Positions 30,614-41,772 of a stretch of DNA of 64,000 nt are shown piece after piece (position 1 is the stretch's first letter; the number at the start of each line of letters is the position of its first letter). The stretch is taken from assembly GCA_963705255.1 (NCBI GenBank), contig OY970061.1, positions 1,536,001-1,600,000 of the forward strand, written 5' to 3'. The notes below the pieces were generated by a model that was given only the letters and a program-made list of their open reading frames with translations, had not been told where the DNA came from and ran no database searches. Made by a program: the position numbers and the translations under genes. This DNA is from an uncultured Methanoregulaceae archaeon (GTDB lineage: Archaea; Halobacteriota; Methanomicrobia; Methanomicrobiales; Methanospirillaceae).

Positions 30614-32339
30614 ATGGCATCAGGAGAAATTCTTGTAAAGGGCGGATTCGTTGTCGACCCGACCCGGAAGATGGACGGCGATGTCGCAGATGTTGCCATC
30701 AAGGACGGGAAGATCGTTGACACGGTCAGCTCCTCCGCAAAAGTGATCGATGCAAAGGGCAAGACCGTTATGGCCGGCGCTGTGGATGTCCACGCCCATG
30801 TCGCAGGACCCAAGGTGAATGTCGGCCGCCTGTTCAGGCCCGAGGACAAGCTCTGTTCAGGAGCCTGCAGGAGCGCGATGGCTCAGGAGGGCTACCGGAT
30901 AGAGTCCGGATTCTCAATCCCGAGCACCTTCAAGACCGGGTACGACTATGCCCGTATGGGGTACGCGTTCGTCATGGAAGCCGCGATGCCTCCTCTCTAC
31001 TCCCCGCATATCCATGAGGAGATCCACGATACCCCGATTATCGATGAAGCAGCACTTCCGGTCTTCGGCAACAACTGGTTCGTCATGGATTACATCAAGA
31101 AGGGCGAGGTCGAGAACACAGCAGCCTACATTGCCTGGCTCCTCAAGACAACGAAGGGTTTTGGCGTCAAGTGCGTCAACCCCGGCGGCACTGCAGCCTG
31201 GGGATGGGGCCTCAACTGCTTAACTCTCGATGACCCGGTCCCGTACTTCGAGGTCACCCCCCGCGAGATCATCACTGGCCTGCTTCAGGCTAACGAGTAC
31301 CTCGGTCTCCCCCACTCGATGCACATCCACCAGAACGACCTCGGGAACCCCGGCAACTACCAGCTCACTATAGACTCGCTCAAGCTTGCCGAGAAGGTCA
31401 AGACGAAGAACAAGTTCGGCCGCGAGCAGGTCATGCACTCCACCCACCTCCAGTTCCATTCGTATGGCGGAACCGGCTGGGGCGACTTCGAGTCCAAGGC
31501 AAAGGAAGTCATGGACTACGTGAACAAGAACAAGGCTATCACCGTCGACCTCGGTTGCGTAACCCTCGACGAGACCACCACGATGACCGCCGACGGCCCC
31601 TTCGAGCACCACCTCCACGGGCTCAACCACCTCAAATGGGTAAACGTCGATGTCGAGATGGAGACCGCTGCCGGTGTCGTCCCGTATGTCTACGACCCGA
31701 ACATCAAGGTCTGCGACATCCAGTGGGCGATCGGCCTCGAGCTCGGGCTCTTTGCAAAGGACATGAACCGGGTTTTCGTCAGTACCGGATCATCCCAATG
31801 CCGGGCCGTTCACCCGGTACCCCCGTGTTATCAAGTGGCTGATGTCCAAGAAGGCCCGCGAAGCAGTGCTCGACTCATTCAAGCACAAGGACAAGGTCAT
31901 CGACGCCACAAACATTCACGGCATCGACCGCGAACTCACCCTCTTCGAGATCGCCCAGATGACCCGTTCCGGACCTGCAAAATGCCTTGGCCTTGCAAAT
32001 GTGTATGGAGGCCTTGCCCCCGGCATGAACGCCGATGTCGGTATCTTCGACCTCAATTGCAAGAGTATGCCCTCTGACCCCGAGAAGATCGAGAAGGCAT
32101 TCCAGCGGGCTGCCTGCTTCATCAAGTCTGGCGAGATCGTAGTAAAAGACGGCGATGTCGTCAGCCATGGCCACAAGCGGACGGTCTGGGTCAATGTCAA
32201 GATGCCCGAGAACCCCCAAGTCAAACGCGACATCACTCAGTCCTTCACCAAAGACTACACGGTCGATCTCATCAACTATCCGGTCAGGGACTATCTTGCC
32301 CCGCATCCGTTCGTCATCGATGTTGATGTGGAGGCCTGA
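30614..32339 (+). CDS. fwdA: Formylmethanofuran dehydrogenase subunit A (operon 2; frameshift near 31786)
   Basis: DVHAHVAG, KCVNPGG, QFHSYGG; correction restores STDHPNAGPF. Confidence 0.92.
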
Positions 32340-32348
32340 GGTGCGATC

Positions 32349-33155
32349 ATGGCAATTGTGACGTTAAAACCCACAAAAGTCCCCGAGCTTATACTTGAGG
32401 GTTACAGCATTACGCCCGACGCATTTGCAGGAAAAACGTCCGCACAGATCGCAGAGCTCCCGGCCCACGAGGGCAAGATCCACGTCAAGATCGGGGATTT
32501 CTATGAGGTCTCCGGTAGTTCTGGTGCAACCGCAGCGGACACCGATATCGTGATTGCCGGCGACTGCACCCGCGTCAAGTATATCGGCTCCAAGATGACC
32601 GCCGGGACCGTCACGGTCAACGGTAACGCGGACATGTACGTCGGCGGCTGGATGAAGGGTGGAAAGATCCATGTCACCGGCAACGTTGACTCCTTCTGCG
32701 GGATCCAGATGCAGGGCGGCGAGATCCTTGTTGACGGCGATGCCAAGAACCATGTCGGCTGCGCCTACCGCGGCGACTGGAGAGGTATGAAGGGCGGCAC
32801 CATCCGGATCGGGGGCAGTGCCGGCAACGATATCGGCACCTTCATGCTCGGCGGCACCATCATCATCGAGAAGGACGCGTTCATCCACGTCTCCACCCAT
32901 GCCGAGGGAGGCACCGTCATCATCAAGGGAGATGTCGAGGGCAGGGTCGGCGGCCAGATGGTCAAGGGCGACATGTACGTGCTCGGCAAGATCAAGTTCA
33001 TGATGCCCGGGTACCAGAAGGTCGACACTGTTGAGAAGGAAGTCGATGGTGTCAAGGCAAAGTTCGACCACTACATCGGCGACCTCGGCGAGAGGCACCC
33101 GAAGAGCAAAGGCCAGATCGTGTACGCGAACCTGTACCTGAAAGCAGTGGCATGA
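32349..33155 (+). CDS. fwdC: Formylmethanofuran dehydrogenase subunit C (operon 2)
   Basis: YRGDWRGMKGG, YIGDLGE; SD GAGGTG. Confidence 0.93.
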   Translation: MAIVTLKPTKVPELILEGYSITPDAFAGKTSAQIAELPAHEGKIHVKIGDFYEVSGSSGATAADTDIVIAGDCTRVKYIGSKMTAGTVTVNGNADMYVGGWMKGGKIHVTGNVDSFCGIQMQGGEILVDGDAKNHVGCAYRGDWRGMKGGTIRIGGSAGNDIGTFMLGGTIIIEKDAFIHVSTHAEGGTVIIKGDVEGRVGGQMVKGDMYVLGKIKFMMPGYQKVDTVEKEVDGVKAKFDHYIGDLGERHPKSKGQIVYANLYLKAVA

Positions 33156-33204
33156 GCGTCCTGTACAAGATCCATCGCACATCCAGAATAGCCCTCTGTG
33201 GCCA

Positions 33205-33222
33205 ATACTTCTTTTTTTCTGC
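33205..33222 (+). terminator. Oligo-T archaeal terminator after fwd operon 2
   Basis: CTTCTTTTTTTCT about 55 nt after the fwdC stop. Confidence 0.4.
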
Positions 33223-33254
33223 CAAAAAACAGATAGCATCCCAGGCGTGATCCC

Positions 33255-34010
33255 ATGAACACTGTCGGAAAAGAATTCATCAAAGGAACCAGATACCCGG
33301 ATTATTCCACGGTCGACCTTGTCCTCCGTGTCCCGGAACCCCCGCATGAACTACCGGTAAAAGAGGGGCAGGTCGTAATCAAACTCCCGAACCCGAAACG
33401 GTTCAAGCTCCCGGATTTGCCGGTCAGGCAGGCCATCGAGAGCTGGGAACCTGCCGGGTTCTTCTCCCGCTCGTCCCTGACCTTAAAAGAACTCTCGTAC
33501 CTGCTCTGGTGTACCCAGGGGTTCAGGAAGACCGTCGCAGAGACCATGCAGCTCAGGAACGTACCCTCAAGCGGTTCACGCTACCCGCTCGAGACCTACT
33601 TTGTTGCAAACGAAGTCGAAGGGCTCGAGACGGGGCTCTACCGGTACCTCCCGAAATCAAACAGAATCGTCGCAGAAAGGATCGATTCCGACCTGACCCT
33701 GGAGATGAGCACTGCAAGTCTGAACTTCAAGATCATGACCCGGGCTGCCATCACCTTCCTCTGGGTTGCCGTGCCGTACCGTTCGGTCTGGGCGCTGGGT
33801 GACCGGGGCTACCGGAGCGCACTGATCGAGGCGGGGCATACCTGCCAGAACCTCATCCTTGCGACCGCCGGCCTTGGGTACAGCGTATTTGCTACAGATA
33901 TGTTCCACGACGACCTGATCGCCAGACTGGCAGACTTGGATCCGGAGAACCAGTGGCCGGTCTATCTTGCTGCGGTGGGAAAGGTGGAGAAGAGCGTAAC
34001 GCTGGCATAA
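33255..34010 (+). CDS. SagB/ThcOx-type nitroreductase-family flavoprotein
   Basis: LSYLLWCTQG, RNVPSSGSRYPLETY, GLYRY, RGYRSALIEAGHTCQN. Confidence 0.85.
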   Translation: MNTVGKEFIKGTRYPDYSTVDLVLRVPEPPHELPVKEGQVVIKLPNPKRFKLPDLPVRQAIESWEPAGFFSRSSLTLKELSYLLWCTQGFRKTVAETMQLRNVPSSGSRYPLETYFVANEVEGLETGLYRYLPKSNRIVAERIDSDLTLEMSTASLNFKIMTRAAITFLWVAVPYRSVWALGDRGYRSALIEAGHTCQNLILATAGLGYSVFATDMFHDDLIARLADLDPENQWPVYLAAVGKVEKSVTLA

Positions 34011-34204
34011 GCGGGATCGGTTTTCGTGAAGGCACAAGGGCAGGAGTGCCAACTAATGTTCCGATGTTTATATCCAATAGAATTAAGATATATTAATTTA
34101 CATTTGGAGAAGGTTCAGCCAACAGGATGTAGGGAAGGTGAGGCCAACACCACCTCCTGTAGCGAACCGGTATCCACACTCACGATTGGCACGGGCATAC
34201 ACCC

Positions 34205-36124
34205 ATGGTAAAGCGCTATCTTTCGCTCTGTTCCCTGGAACAAGCGCTCAACCTGATGAAGTCTTCGTTTCCGTCACCGCAGCGGACAGAAAAAGTCCCG
34301 GTGATGGAGTCGGTCGGTCGGGTCGTCGCAGCACCGGTCTACGCGAAGTATTCCGTTCCGGAAGTGAATATCTCGGCAATGGATGGTATTGCGGTCAGGA
34401 GCCGCGATACTGTCGGGGCAACCGACCGCGAGCCGGTCACGCTGGAAGTATTTGCACGGGTCAATACCGGCAATATCGTCCCTCCGGAGTTCGACGCGGT
34501 CATCATGATCGAGGACACTTGGGAGGCATGCGACCGGTTCCAGATCCGGAAAGCTGCTGCCCCCTGGCAGCACGTCCGTCCGGCGGGAGAGGATATCCGC
34601 GAAGGGCGGCTGGTCCTCCCCAAGGGCCACCTGATACGGGCATTTGACATCGGGGCACTCGCCACGTATGGTGTCACCCGCATCGAGGTAAAGTCTGTCA
34701 ATATCGGCATTATCCCCACAGGGAGCGAACTGGTTCCCCTCGGGGTGCGGCCGGGGCCCGGACAGGTGGTAGAGAGCAATACGATCATGGCCCAGGTATT
34801 CCTGCACGCCATGGGCGCACGGTGCAGCCGGCTCCCGATCGTCCGCGATGATCCCGATCTGATCGCTGATGCGCTCACGACGGCAGTCAGGAACAATGAC
34901 CTTGTCATCATTTCCGCTGGCTCCTCTGCAGGCACCCGCGATTTTACTGCAGGGGTTATCAGCAGCCTCGGCGAGCTGATATTCCATGGCGTTGCCGTCA
35001 AGCCCGGAAAACCGGTGATGCTGGGGAGGATTAACGGGAAACCCGTTCTCGGACTTCCGGGATACCCCCTCGCTGCGCAGACTTCCCTCCGGGAGTTCGC
35101 CGCCCCCCTCCTCGAGTCCTGGGGATTTCCCCCGGCCCCGAAACTCCCGGTCCGGGTCAGGCTCGCGGAGGCACTCACATCCGACCTTGGCTTTGATGAG
35201 TTTGTCCCGGTCTTCGTGGGACGGATCGGGTACTACGCTCTGGGGCACCTCCCATGCCAAAGGATCCGGCGTCCAGATGGCAACCGTCAAGGCAAACGGG
35301 TATACCCATATACCTGCACCCGTGGAGGGGTACGAGGCCGGTCACGAGCTTGACGTGCTCCTGACAACGGACCCCGGGAGTGTCGACCGGACCCTTTTCT
35401 TCCCGGGTTCCATCGATCCCGCTCTCGAAGAACTCGCGGCTCTTGCCCACGATGAGGGGCTCTTCATTCATGCCAGCAATGTCGGGAATGAGAGAGGATT
35501 CTTTTCGCTCAAACGCAATGCGTGCCATGCGGCACCCGTAAGCCTTCCCGTTGCGTCCGCCCTGCTTTCGGCGGAAGAGCCTTTCGTGCAGTCCCTCCCT
35601 CCCTCGGGCCTGGCTTTCGTCCATATCGCAAAGATCGAACAGGGGATTGCATCCCGCGAAGGGCTTGCATTCGATGACCTGCCCGGTGTCCGCTTCATCA
35701 ACACCCGGAAAGACTCCCCCTCCCGCCGGGTCTTCGATGCCCTTCTCCGGATGCGGAATATCCCCATTTCGCGGATCAACGGGTACCTGCAGGAGGTATA
35801 CGGGCCTCAGGCGGTTGCAGCAGCGATCCGGAACGGGTTTGCTGACGCCGGGATGTGCACCTCCGGCATTGCCGGGAAGTACGGCCTCCGGTTCGAACCA
35901 CTGGCATACGAGAATTACGAGCTGGCAGTACAGCGGGAGATGCTTGCGGATCCCCGTATCTGCACGATCGTTGGCCTGATCCGCTCCCCTGCGTACCAGG
36001 CTGTCCTGAATCGGGCCGGGGGTACGACATAGCTCACGTAGGGGTCATCCGCGGGCTGGCGGACGATAGTACCCTGACGGAACTTTCGCCAACTGCGCCA
36101 ACGGCCGGATACCCGGGCACCTGA
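34205..36124 (+). CDS. moeA: Second MoeA-PBP fusion (frameshifts near 35229 and 36021)
   Basis: MVKRYL, SAMDGIAV, SAGSSAGTRD, VKPGKP; diverged PBP domain (GSID, NTRKDSPSR). Confidence 0.88.
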
Positions 36125-36252
36125 ACTCCTTTTTATGTGCAGATGGGAGAATCCGGAGGTCCTGCAGTACCCCGGTCCGGATCTGCCTTGCAACAATGGT
36201 CTGGTCTGTATAAACGGCGAGTTGATCACGTCAGGACAGGCTTTTTTAAAAA

Positions 36253-36569
36253 AATTGTCAGGTCCGGATGTGACAATAAAAAATAATTGTCAGATCGGTT
36301 AGTGGGAATTTTAAAAAATTCCCCGATCGGATCGCAGGAATTTTGCCGGAAAAATCCGGAAAATCCATGCTTTTTCCGACGGAGCGCCCATCTTGTCTTA
36401 CTGGCAATTAAAAATAATTGCCGGGTCCGGACGTGACAATTCAGAAAAATTGCCAGATCGGTTGGTGATAATTTTAAAAAATCCTCAGGTCCGGATCTGG
36501 CAATTGAGAAAAATTCCCGGATCCGGATGCGGCAATAAAAAATAATTCCCGGATCGGTTGGTAGGAATT
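36253..36569. repeat. Array of eight imperfect 26-bp palindromic units with 32-bp period
   Basis: Units start at 36253, 36285, 36317 and 36416, 36448, 36480, 36512, 36544, e.g. AATTGTCAGGTCCGGATGTGACAATA, separated by 6-nt A-rich linkers. Confidence 0.85.
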
Positions 36570-36593
36570 TTCAAGAATGGTATGAAAAAAGGA

Positions 36594-37844
36594 TTATTTC
36601 TTTATCGGATTGAACACGTTCTCGTAGATCATGTCGCTGCCGGTATTATGCAGGCGCTCGCGCTCGACTTTCTCCTCTGCGTAGGCAAGGATCGGGAGTT
36701 CCATGCTGATGCCCGGGGTATGGCCGAACATCTTCTCGAGTTCCACCTGCTGGGCGTGCATGAAGAGCGCATTGGGGATCTCCGCAGGGCAGACTTCCTC
36801 GCACTGGCCGCAGTTCACGCAGGACGAGGCGATGTGGGCGTACCGGATCAGGTGGAACATGAAGCTGACCGGGAGCTCGCCGGGGGGCACCATGGCGGGG
36901 TTCTTGGTCGTGCACTCGACACAGTAACAGATCGGGCACTGGTCTATGCACTGGTAGCACTTGATGCAGCGGGAAGTCTCGGTCATGATCTTCCTGAGAC
37001 GGTCCTTGCCCTCCCCGAGCCCCTCGAAGTCCTTCTTGCGCCACTTCTCGCCGAGCTTGAGCATCGCGCCTTCGACCTTCCCGCGGATGTCGAGCCCCTT
37101 GGGGTTTGCCGGCTCGGTCTCGAGGATGCCTTTCTTGATGGCACCGGCAAGAAGGTTCGCACCTTTCTCGCTGCAGACTTCCACGAAAGTCGCCTTGCCG
37201 GCACGGGGGCCGATGACACCCCAGTTCCCGCAGGCGAGGTCGGCCTGCCGCGGGACCTTGAGCTTGCAGCGGCGGCAGTTGGACCGCCGCCCGTAGCCTG
37301 CTTCCTCGAGTTCGTCGACCGAGATGCCCTTGTGGCCGCCCTCGTACTCGATGATGAACTGGCCCTTGTCGATCTCTTCCTTGTGGACGGCCTCGGGGTC
37401 GACCCCGTACTTGTCGGCGATCATCTTCCGGGCAAGGACCGGGCTGACGGACCCTCCGCAGTTGACGCCGATCATGATCACGTTGTCGAGGTCGATCTGC
37501 TTGCGCTTGGCAAGTTCGTAGAACGCCATCATGTCGCAGCCCTTGACGGTCACGCCGATCTTTTTGTCGCTGGCACCGTCAAGGTATTTTTTTATGAGTT
37601 TTGGGATCAGGAGCGTACCGCAGTGGAGCGAACCGGCGGTCTTTGCAAGATCCTTGGGATCGGTGATGAAGACCGGCTTCGCGTCGTACAGGTCGACACC
37701 CCTGGTCACCACGAGAACAGCATCCACGGTTTTGGATTCAAGGGCATACTTCCACAGGGCGGTGACCGCACCGCCGAGTTCCGCCTTCTTCTGGATCTCT
37801 GCATCTGTCGTCCAGGCATAGAGCATGTCGCCTTTCTTGGTCAT
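36594..37844 (-). CDS. fdhB: F420-dependent formate dehydrogenase beta subunit (copy 1)
   Basis: GSLHCG, VKGCD, GVNCGG, RRSNCRRC, DLACGNWG, CIKCYQC, CVNCGQC. Confidence 0.95.
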   Translation of the reverse strand: MTKKGDMLYAWTTDAEIQKKAELGGAVTALWKYALESKTVDAVLVVTRGVDLYDAKPVFITDPKDLAKTAGSLHCGTLLIPKLIKKYLDGASDKKIGVTVKGCDMMAFYELAKRKQIDLDNVIMIGVNCGGSVSPVLARKMIADKYGVDPEAVHKEEIDKGQFIIEYEGGHKGISVDELEEAGYGRRSNCRRCKLKVPRQADLACGNWGVIGPRAGKATFVEVCSEKGANLLAGAIKKGILETEPANPKGLDIRGKVEGAMLKLGEKWRKKDFEGLGEGKDRLRKIMTETSRCIKCYQCIDQCPICYCVECTTKNPAMVPPGELPVSFMFHLIRYAHIASSCVNCGQCEEVCPAEIPNALFMHAQQVELEKMFGHTPGISMELPILAYAEEKVERERLHNTGSDMIYENVFNPIKK

Positions 37845-37845
37845 G

Positions 37846-39910
37846 TTACTGCGCCTCCTTGATCTTTTCTACGGCAACGGCACAGTGCTTGAGTTCCGGC
37901 ATCTTGGAGAGCGGGTCGAGCGCCGTGTTGGTGAGGTTGTTGGCACCCTCGTTAAAATGCATTGGCATGTACAGCACTTTCGGGGCCACATCATCCGTCA
38001 CCCGTGCGATGGTGATCGTCTCGCCACGGCGGCTGCGTACTTTGATCTTTTCGTGTTGCTTTATGCCGAGCTCTTTTGCATCCTGCGTGTTGATCTGGAT
38101 ATAGGACTCGGGTACCTCGTAGTGCAGCGTCGGGCTGCGGTCCGTCTGGGTCCTCGTATGGTAGTGAAAGATACAACGCCCGGTCATGAGCGTGTATGGG
38201 AACTCTGCATCCGCTACTTCCGCCGGCGGTTTGTACTCGAGGCCGAAGAAAGTCCCAAGGCCGTCGGCAGCCGCGAACTTCTCCCTATGCAGGATCGGGG
38301 TCCCCGGGTGTTCGACCGTCGGGCAGGGCCAGTGGACGGACTCGGGCTTCTCCATCTTTGCGTACGTTGCGCCGAACATGGATGGAGTGCATGCCCGCAT
38401 ATCGTTCCAGACATCTTCGGCGGTCTTGAAGTCGAAGCCTTTCAGTCCCATCTTCTTTGCAAGCAGCATGAAGATTTCAATATCCGTTTTCGCTTCGCCT
38501 GGGGCATCGACGGCTTTCCGGACACGGTTGATCCGCCGCTCACCGCTCGTAAACGTCCCGTCCTTCTCGGCAAAACAGGCACCGGGGAGGACGACATCAG
38601 CATACTGGCAGCTCTCGGTCCAGAAGATGTCCTGGATGACGAGGAAGTCGAGCTTGTCAAGCGACGCCTTCACATGGTTCGAATCGGGATAGGAGACCAC
38701 CGGGTTCAGACCGAGGATATACATCGCCTTGATCGGGTCCCCGCACTGGTTGATCTGCTCGGTCAGGGTTGCACCATACCAGTCAGGCAGGCCGGTAACT
38801 CCCCAGGCCTTCTCCATCTTCGCACGGTTCTCGGTCTGTCTCACACTTCTGGTAGCCGGAGTAGACATTCGGGTATGCGCCCATGTCGCAGGCACCCTGC
38901 ACGTTGTTCTGGCCGCGGAGCGGGTTGACACCGACGCCGGGGCGCCCGATGTTGCCGCAGAGCATCGAAAGGTTGCCCATCGAACGGACGTTATCGGTCC
39001 CGGTGGTGAGCTCGGTGATGCCCAGGCAGTAGATGATGACCGCGTTCTTTGCTTTGGCATACTTACGGGCAAAATCCTTGACCTTCTCGGTCGGGACACC
39101 GGTGATCTTCTCGGCATCGGCATACTTCTCGACGGTCTTCTTGAGGTCATCGAACCCTTTCGTACGGTTCTTGATGAACTCCTTGTCCTCAAGGCCTTCC
39201 TTGATGATCCAGTACATCATGGAGTTGGCGAGCGCGATATGGGTGGACGGGTTGAACCGGATCCAGTCATCCGCGAGCCGTGCAGTTGCGCTGTACCGCG
39301 GGTCGACCACGATGATCGGGATCCCTTTCTTCTTGGCCTGCATGACACGCCGGGCGGCAAGCGGGTGGGCCTCAACCGCATTGGAACCCCACATGACGAT
39401 GAGGTCGGAGTTCAGCACATCCTCGAACGGGTTGGTGGCCGCACCGGACCCGAAGGAGAGCGAGAGACCGGCAACTGACGGGCCGTGGCAGATACGGGCG
39501 CAGTTGTCGACATTGTTCGTCTTGAACGCGACCCGTGCCCATTTCTGCATGATATAACAGTCCTCGTTGACGGTCCGGCACGAGACCTGGAACCCAAGGG
39601 ACTTGGGGCCGAACTTGTCGGAAGTCTCCTTGAACTTCTTCGCGATGAGATCGAGGGCTTCGTCCCAAGAGGCTTCCTCGAACGTGTCACCCTTCTTTAT
39701 CAGGGGTTTTGTCAGCCGGTCCGGGTTCTGGACCGGTTCCCAGCAGGTCGCGCCCTTGGGGCAGAGCTTGCCTTCGTTCACCGGGCTGCGCTTGTAGGGT
39801 TCAACCCCGACGAGCTTGCCGTCATTGACAACAAGGTTCAGACCGCAGCCTACACCGCAGTACGGGCAGGTCGTTGGTACATATTTCAACAGTCTATTTG
39901 CATCTGTCAT
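37846..39910 (-). CDS. fdhA: Formate dehydrogenase alpha subunit (copy 1; frameshift near 38835)
   Basis: CPYCGVGC, LCPKG, CARICHGPS, LRGQNNVQGACDMG, EKDGTFTSGERR. Confidence 0.93.
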
Positions 39911-40258
39911 GGATATTCACCAAATCACGGAATGATTCAACACATGTCTTACTTGAAGGATTTGTTAAGGTAATTTGTTTATATTAAAAATTCCGCCGGG
40001 AATATATAAGGACTATGAAATTTTCCTGATATTTGATGAATATCAATGGGTAAATGGGGACAATTGAACGAGTTCGCGTTCCGCCCGTTAAACGATTTTA
40101 ACCTGGTGGTTATTCGGTGCGCAGGATCATTTCTCCCGGGGATAAAAAAAATTCTGCCACACAGGACTGCACACCGGTCCCTGTACCGGCCCCTGCATCC
40201 GGGCCCCGGGGAACTCATGTGAACAATTGTTTAACCTATATCCGGTAAATAGTTCATT

Positions 40259-40900
40259 ATGAAGGTAGCACACACCCCGGGCTCTTCCGGAGATGTTCAT
40301 ACACTCATGGACGCCTGCGGCGTGGAACCGCGGCTGAAAGAGATGATTACCGCGTCCATAGCTTTACATTCCTACCCGGCGCCCGGAGTACTCATCGGGG
40401 CATTTATGGTAGATTACGCCCTAGAACGTATCAGGGCAACCCCGTCTGACAAGCTCTATGCAGTCTGCGAGACACCGAAGTGCGTCCCGGATGCCATCCA
40501 GGCGATAGCACACTGTACCACGGGAAATCACCGCCTCCGGATCGTGCCTGTCGGGAAGTTCGCTATCACCCTCAACGCCGCATCACCGGGTCTCGTAACC
40601 GAGGGGGTCCGGGTGTATATCGACCGGGAGAAACTGAAAAAATTCCCGACCATCGCTATCTGGTACGTAAACAGTCCTGCCTTTGTCAAGGATACCATGA
40701 CCCTCCAGCTCCGGGAGGAGATCTTCCGGGCAGGCCGGGCTATCCTCTCGTCCGAGCGTATCCGTCTCACCGTTTCCCCAAAGAAGAGATGGAGATCGGT
40801 CACCTGTCCCTGCTGCGGGGATACCGTCCCCGACTACCTCTTTGAGAAAGACCGCTGTGCTGCCTGCGGCTCTTTGAAATACTATGATAAAATTTCCTGA
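40259..40900 (+). CDS. FmdE/FwdE-family protein with C-terminal zinc finger
   Basis: LHSYPAPGVLIG, CETPKCVPDAIQ, CTTGN, GKFA, CPCCG...CAAC. Confidence 0.88.
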   Translation: MKVAHTPGSSGDVHTLMDACGVEPRLKEMITASIALHSYPAPGVLIGAFMVDYALERIRATPSDKLYAVCETPKCVPDAIQAIAHCTTGNHRLRIVPVGKFAITLNAASPGLVTEGVRVYIDREKLKKFPTIAIWYVNSPAFVKDTMTLQLREEIFRAGRAILSSERIRLTVSPKKRWRSVTCPCCGDTVPDYLFEKDRCAACGSLKYYDKIS

Positions 40901-40975
40901 TGCCACGGTTCAGGATCCGGATACCGGCTCCTGTCCCCGACATTTCACCAGATGAAATAGATGAAAAAATGCAGC

Positions 40976-41374
40976 TTATGCTGCCACGTTTGCCGGTGCA
41001 TCGGCGCTCTTTCGTACCGGCTTCTTGACCCACATGAGCCTATTGCCATCGTATGCAAAAGACTTCATGGTGAAGACCTTCATTCCCTGTGGCAGAGAGG
41101 ATGTGTCGGCATTGGCCGGCACCATCACGGCATACTCGTTCCGCGAGAGCGTGCCGTCGGAGTTTGTCTCTGACGTGGTGAGTTCGTCGAGGTGACCGGA
41201 GGGAATGGTCTTCCCGAACGTGACCAGTACCTTGACGAATTCCCGGTGGCCGTCTTTGCGGCGTTCCAGCACGATGATCGTATCGTAGCCGGTGCCCAGC
41301 TTTCGGGGCGTCATGTTCCAGCCATCAAAACTCGAGTAGATACTCTTGATCTCTTTTGCCACAAAATCGTGCAT
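40976..41374 (-). CDS. Hypothetical protein
   Basis: 132-aa ORF with protein-like composition. Confidence 0.65.
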   Translation of the reverse strand: MHDFVAKEIKSIYSSFDGWNMTPRKLGTGYDTIIVLERRKDGHREFVKVLVTFGKTIPSGHLDELTTSETNSDGTLSRNEYAVMVPANADTSSLPQGMKVFTMKSFAYDGNRLMWVKKPVRKSADAPANVAA

Positions 41375-41772
41375 AACATCAGGTACTGAAACCCATAGTA
41401 CTCAGGTATTTGGCCATGACCGGCTAATAAAACATGTTGGTTAACTGGTAGTTATCCCAGGATCAGCGTTCCTTAACGAGGTTCTCAACCAGTTCTCACT
41501 CATCTCCTCACATCAGATCTGCACCGGCTGATAGGGAAATTCCGGCAGTGGTCAATACTTTTTTTTTAACAAAATAGATTTATTAACAAAAAGAGTGAAA
41601 GTAATTTTGCCGAAAGGCAGGGCAGGTCAGGTCCTTCCGGATTACCGCTTCTCCGGGCGTCCGGCATCATGCCACGATGTTCTGATACTGACTTACTCCT
41701 CGTTTCCCGTGTGCGGCCGCCGATATATTCACACACACAGAAGCGGCCGCGCGAACGGGAACAGAGTACGCA

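Noticed and set aside
33255-34010. SagB gene as part of an azole RiPP cluster with the peptide at 3121
   Set aside because: 30 kb apart, no YcaO, and stand-alone homologs are common
36253-36569. CRISPR array
   Set aside because: Units are degenerate, linkers are only 6 nt with no unique spacers, and no cas genes are present
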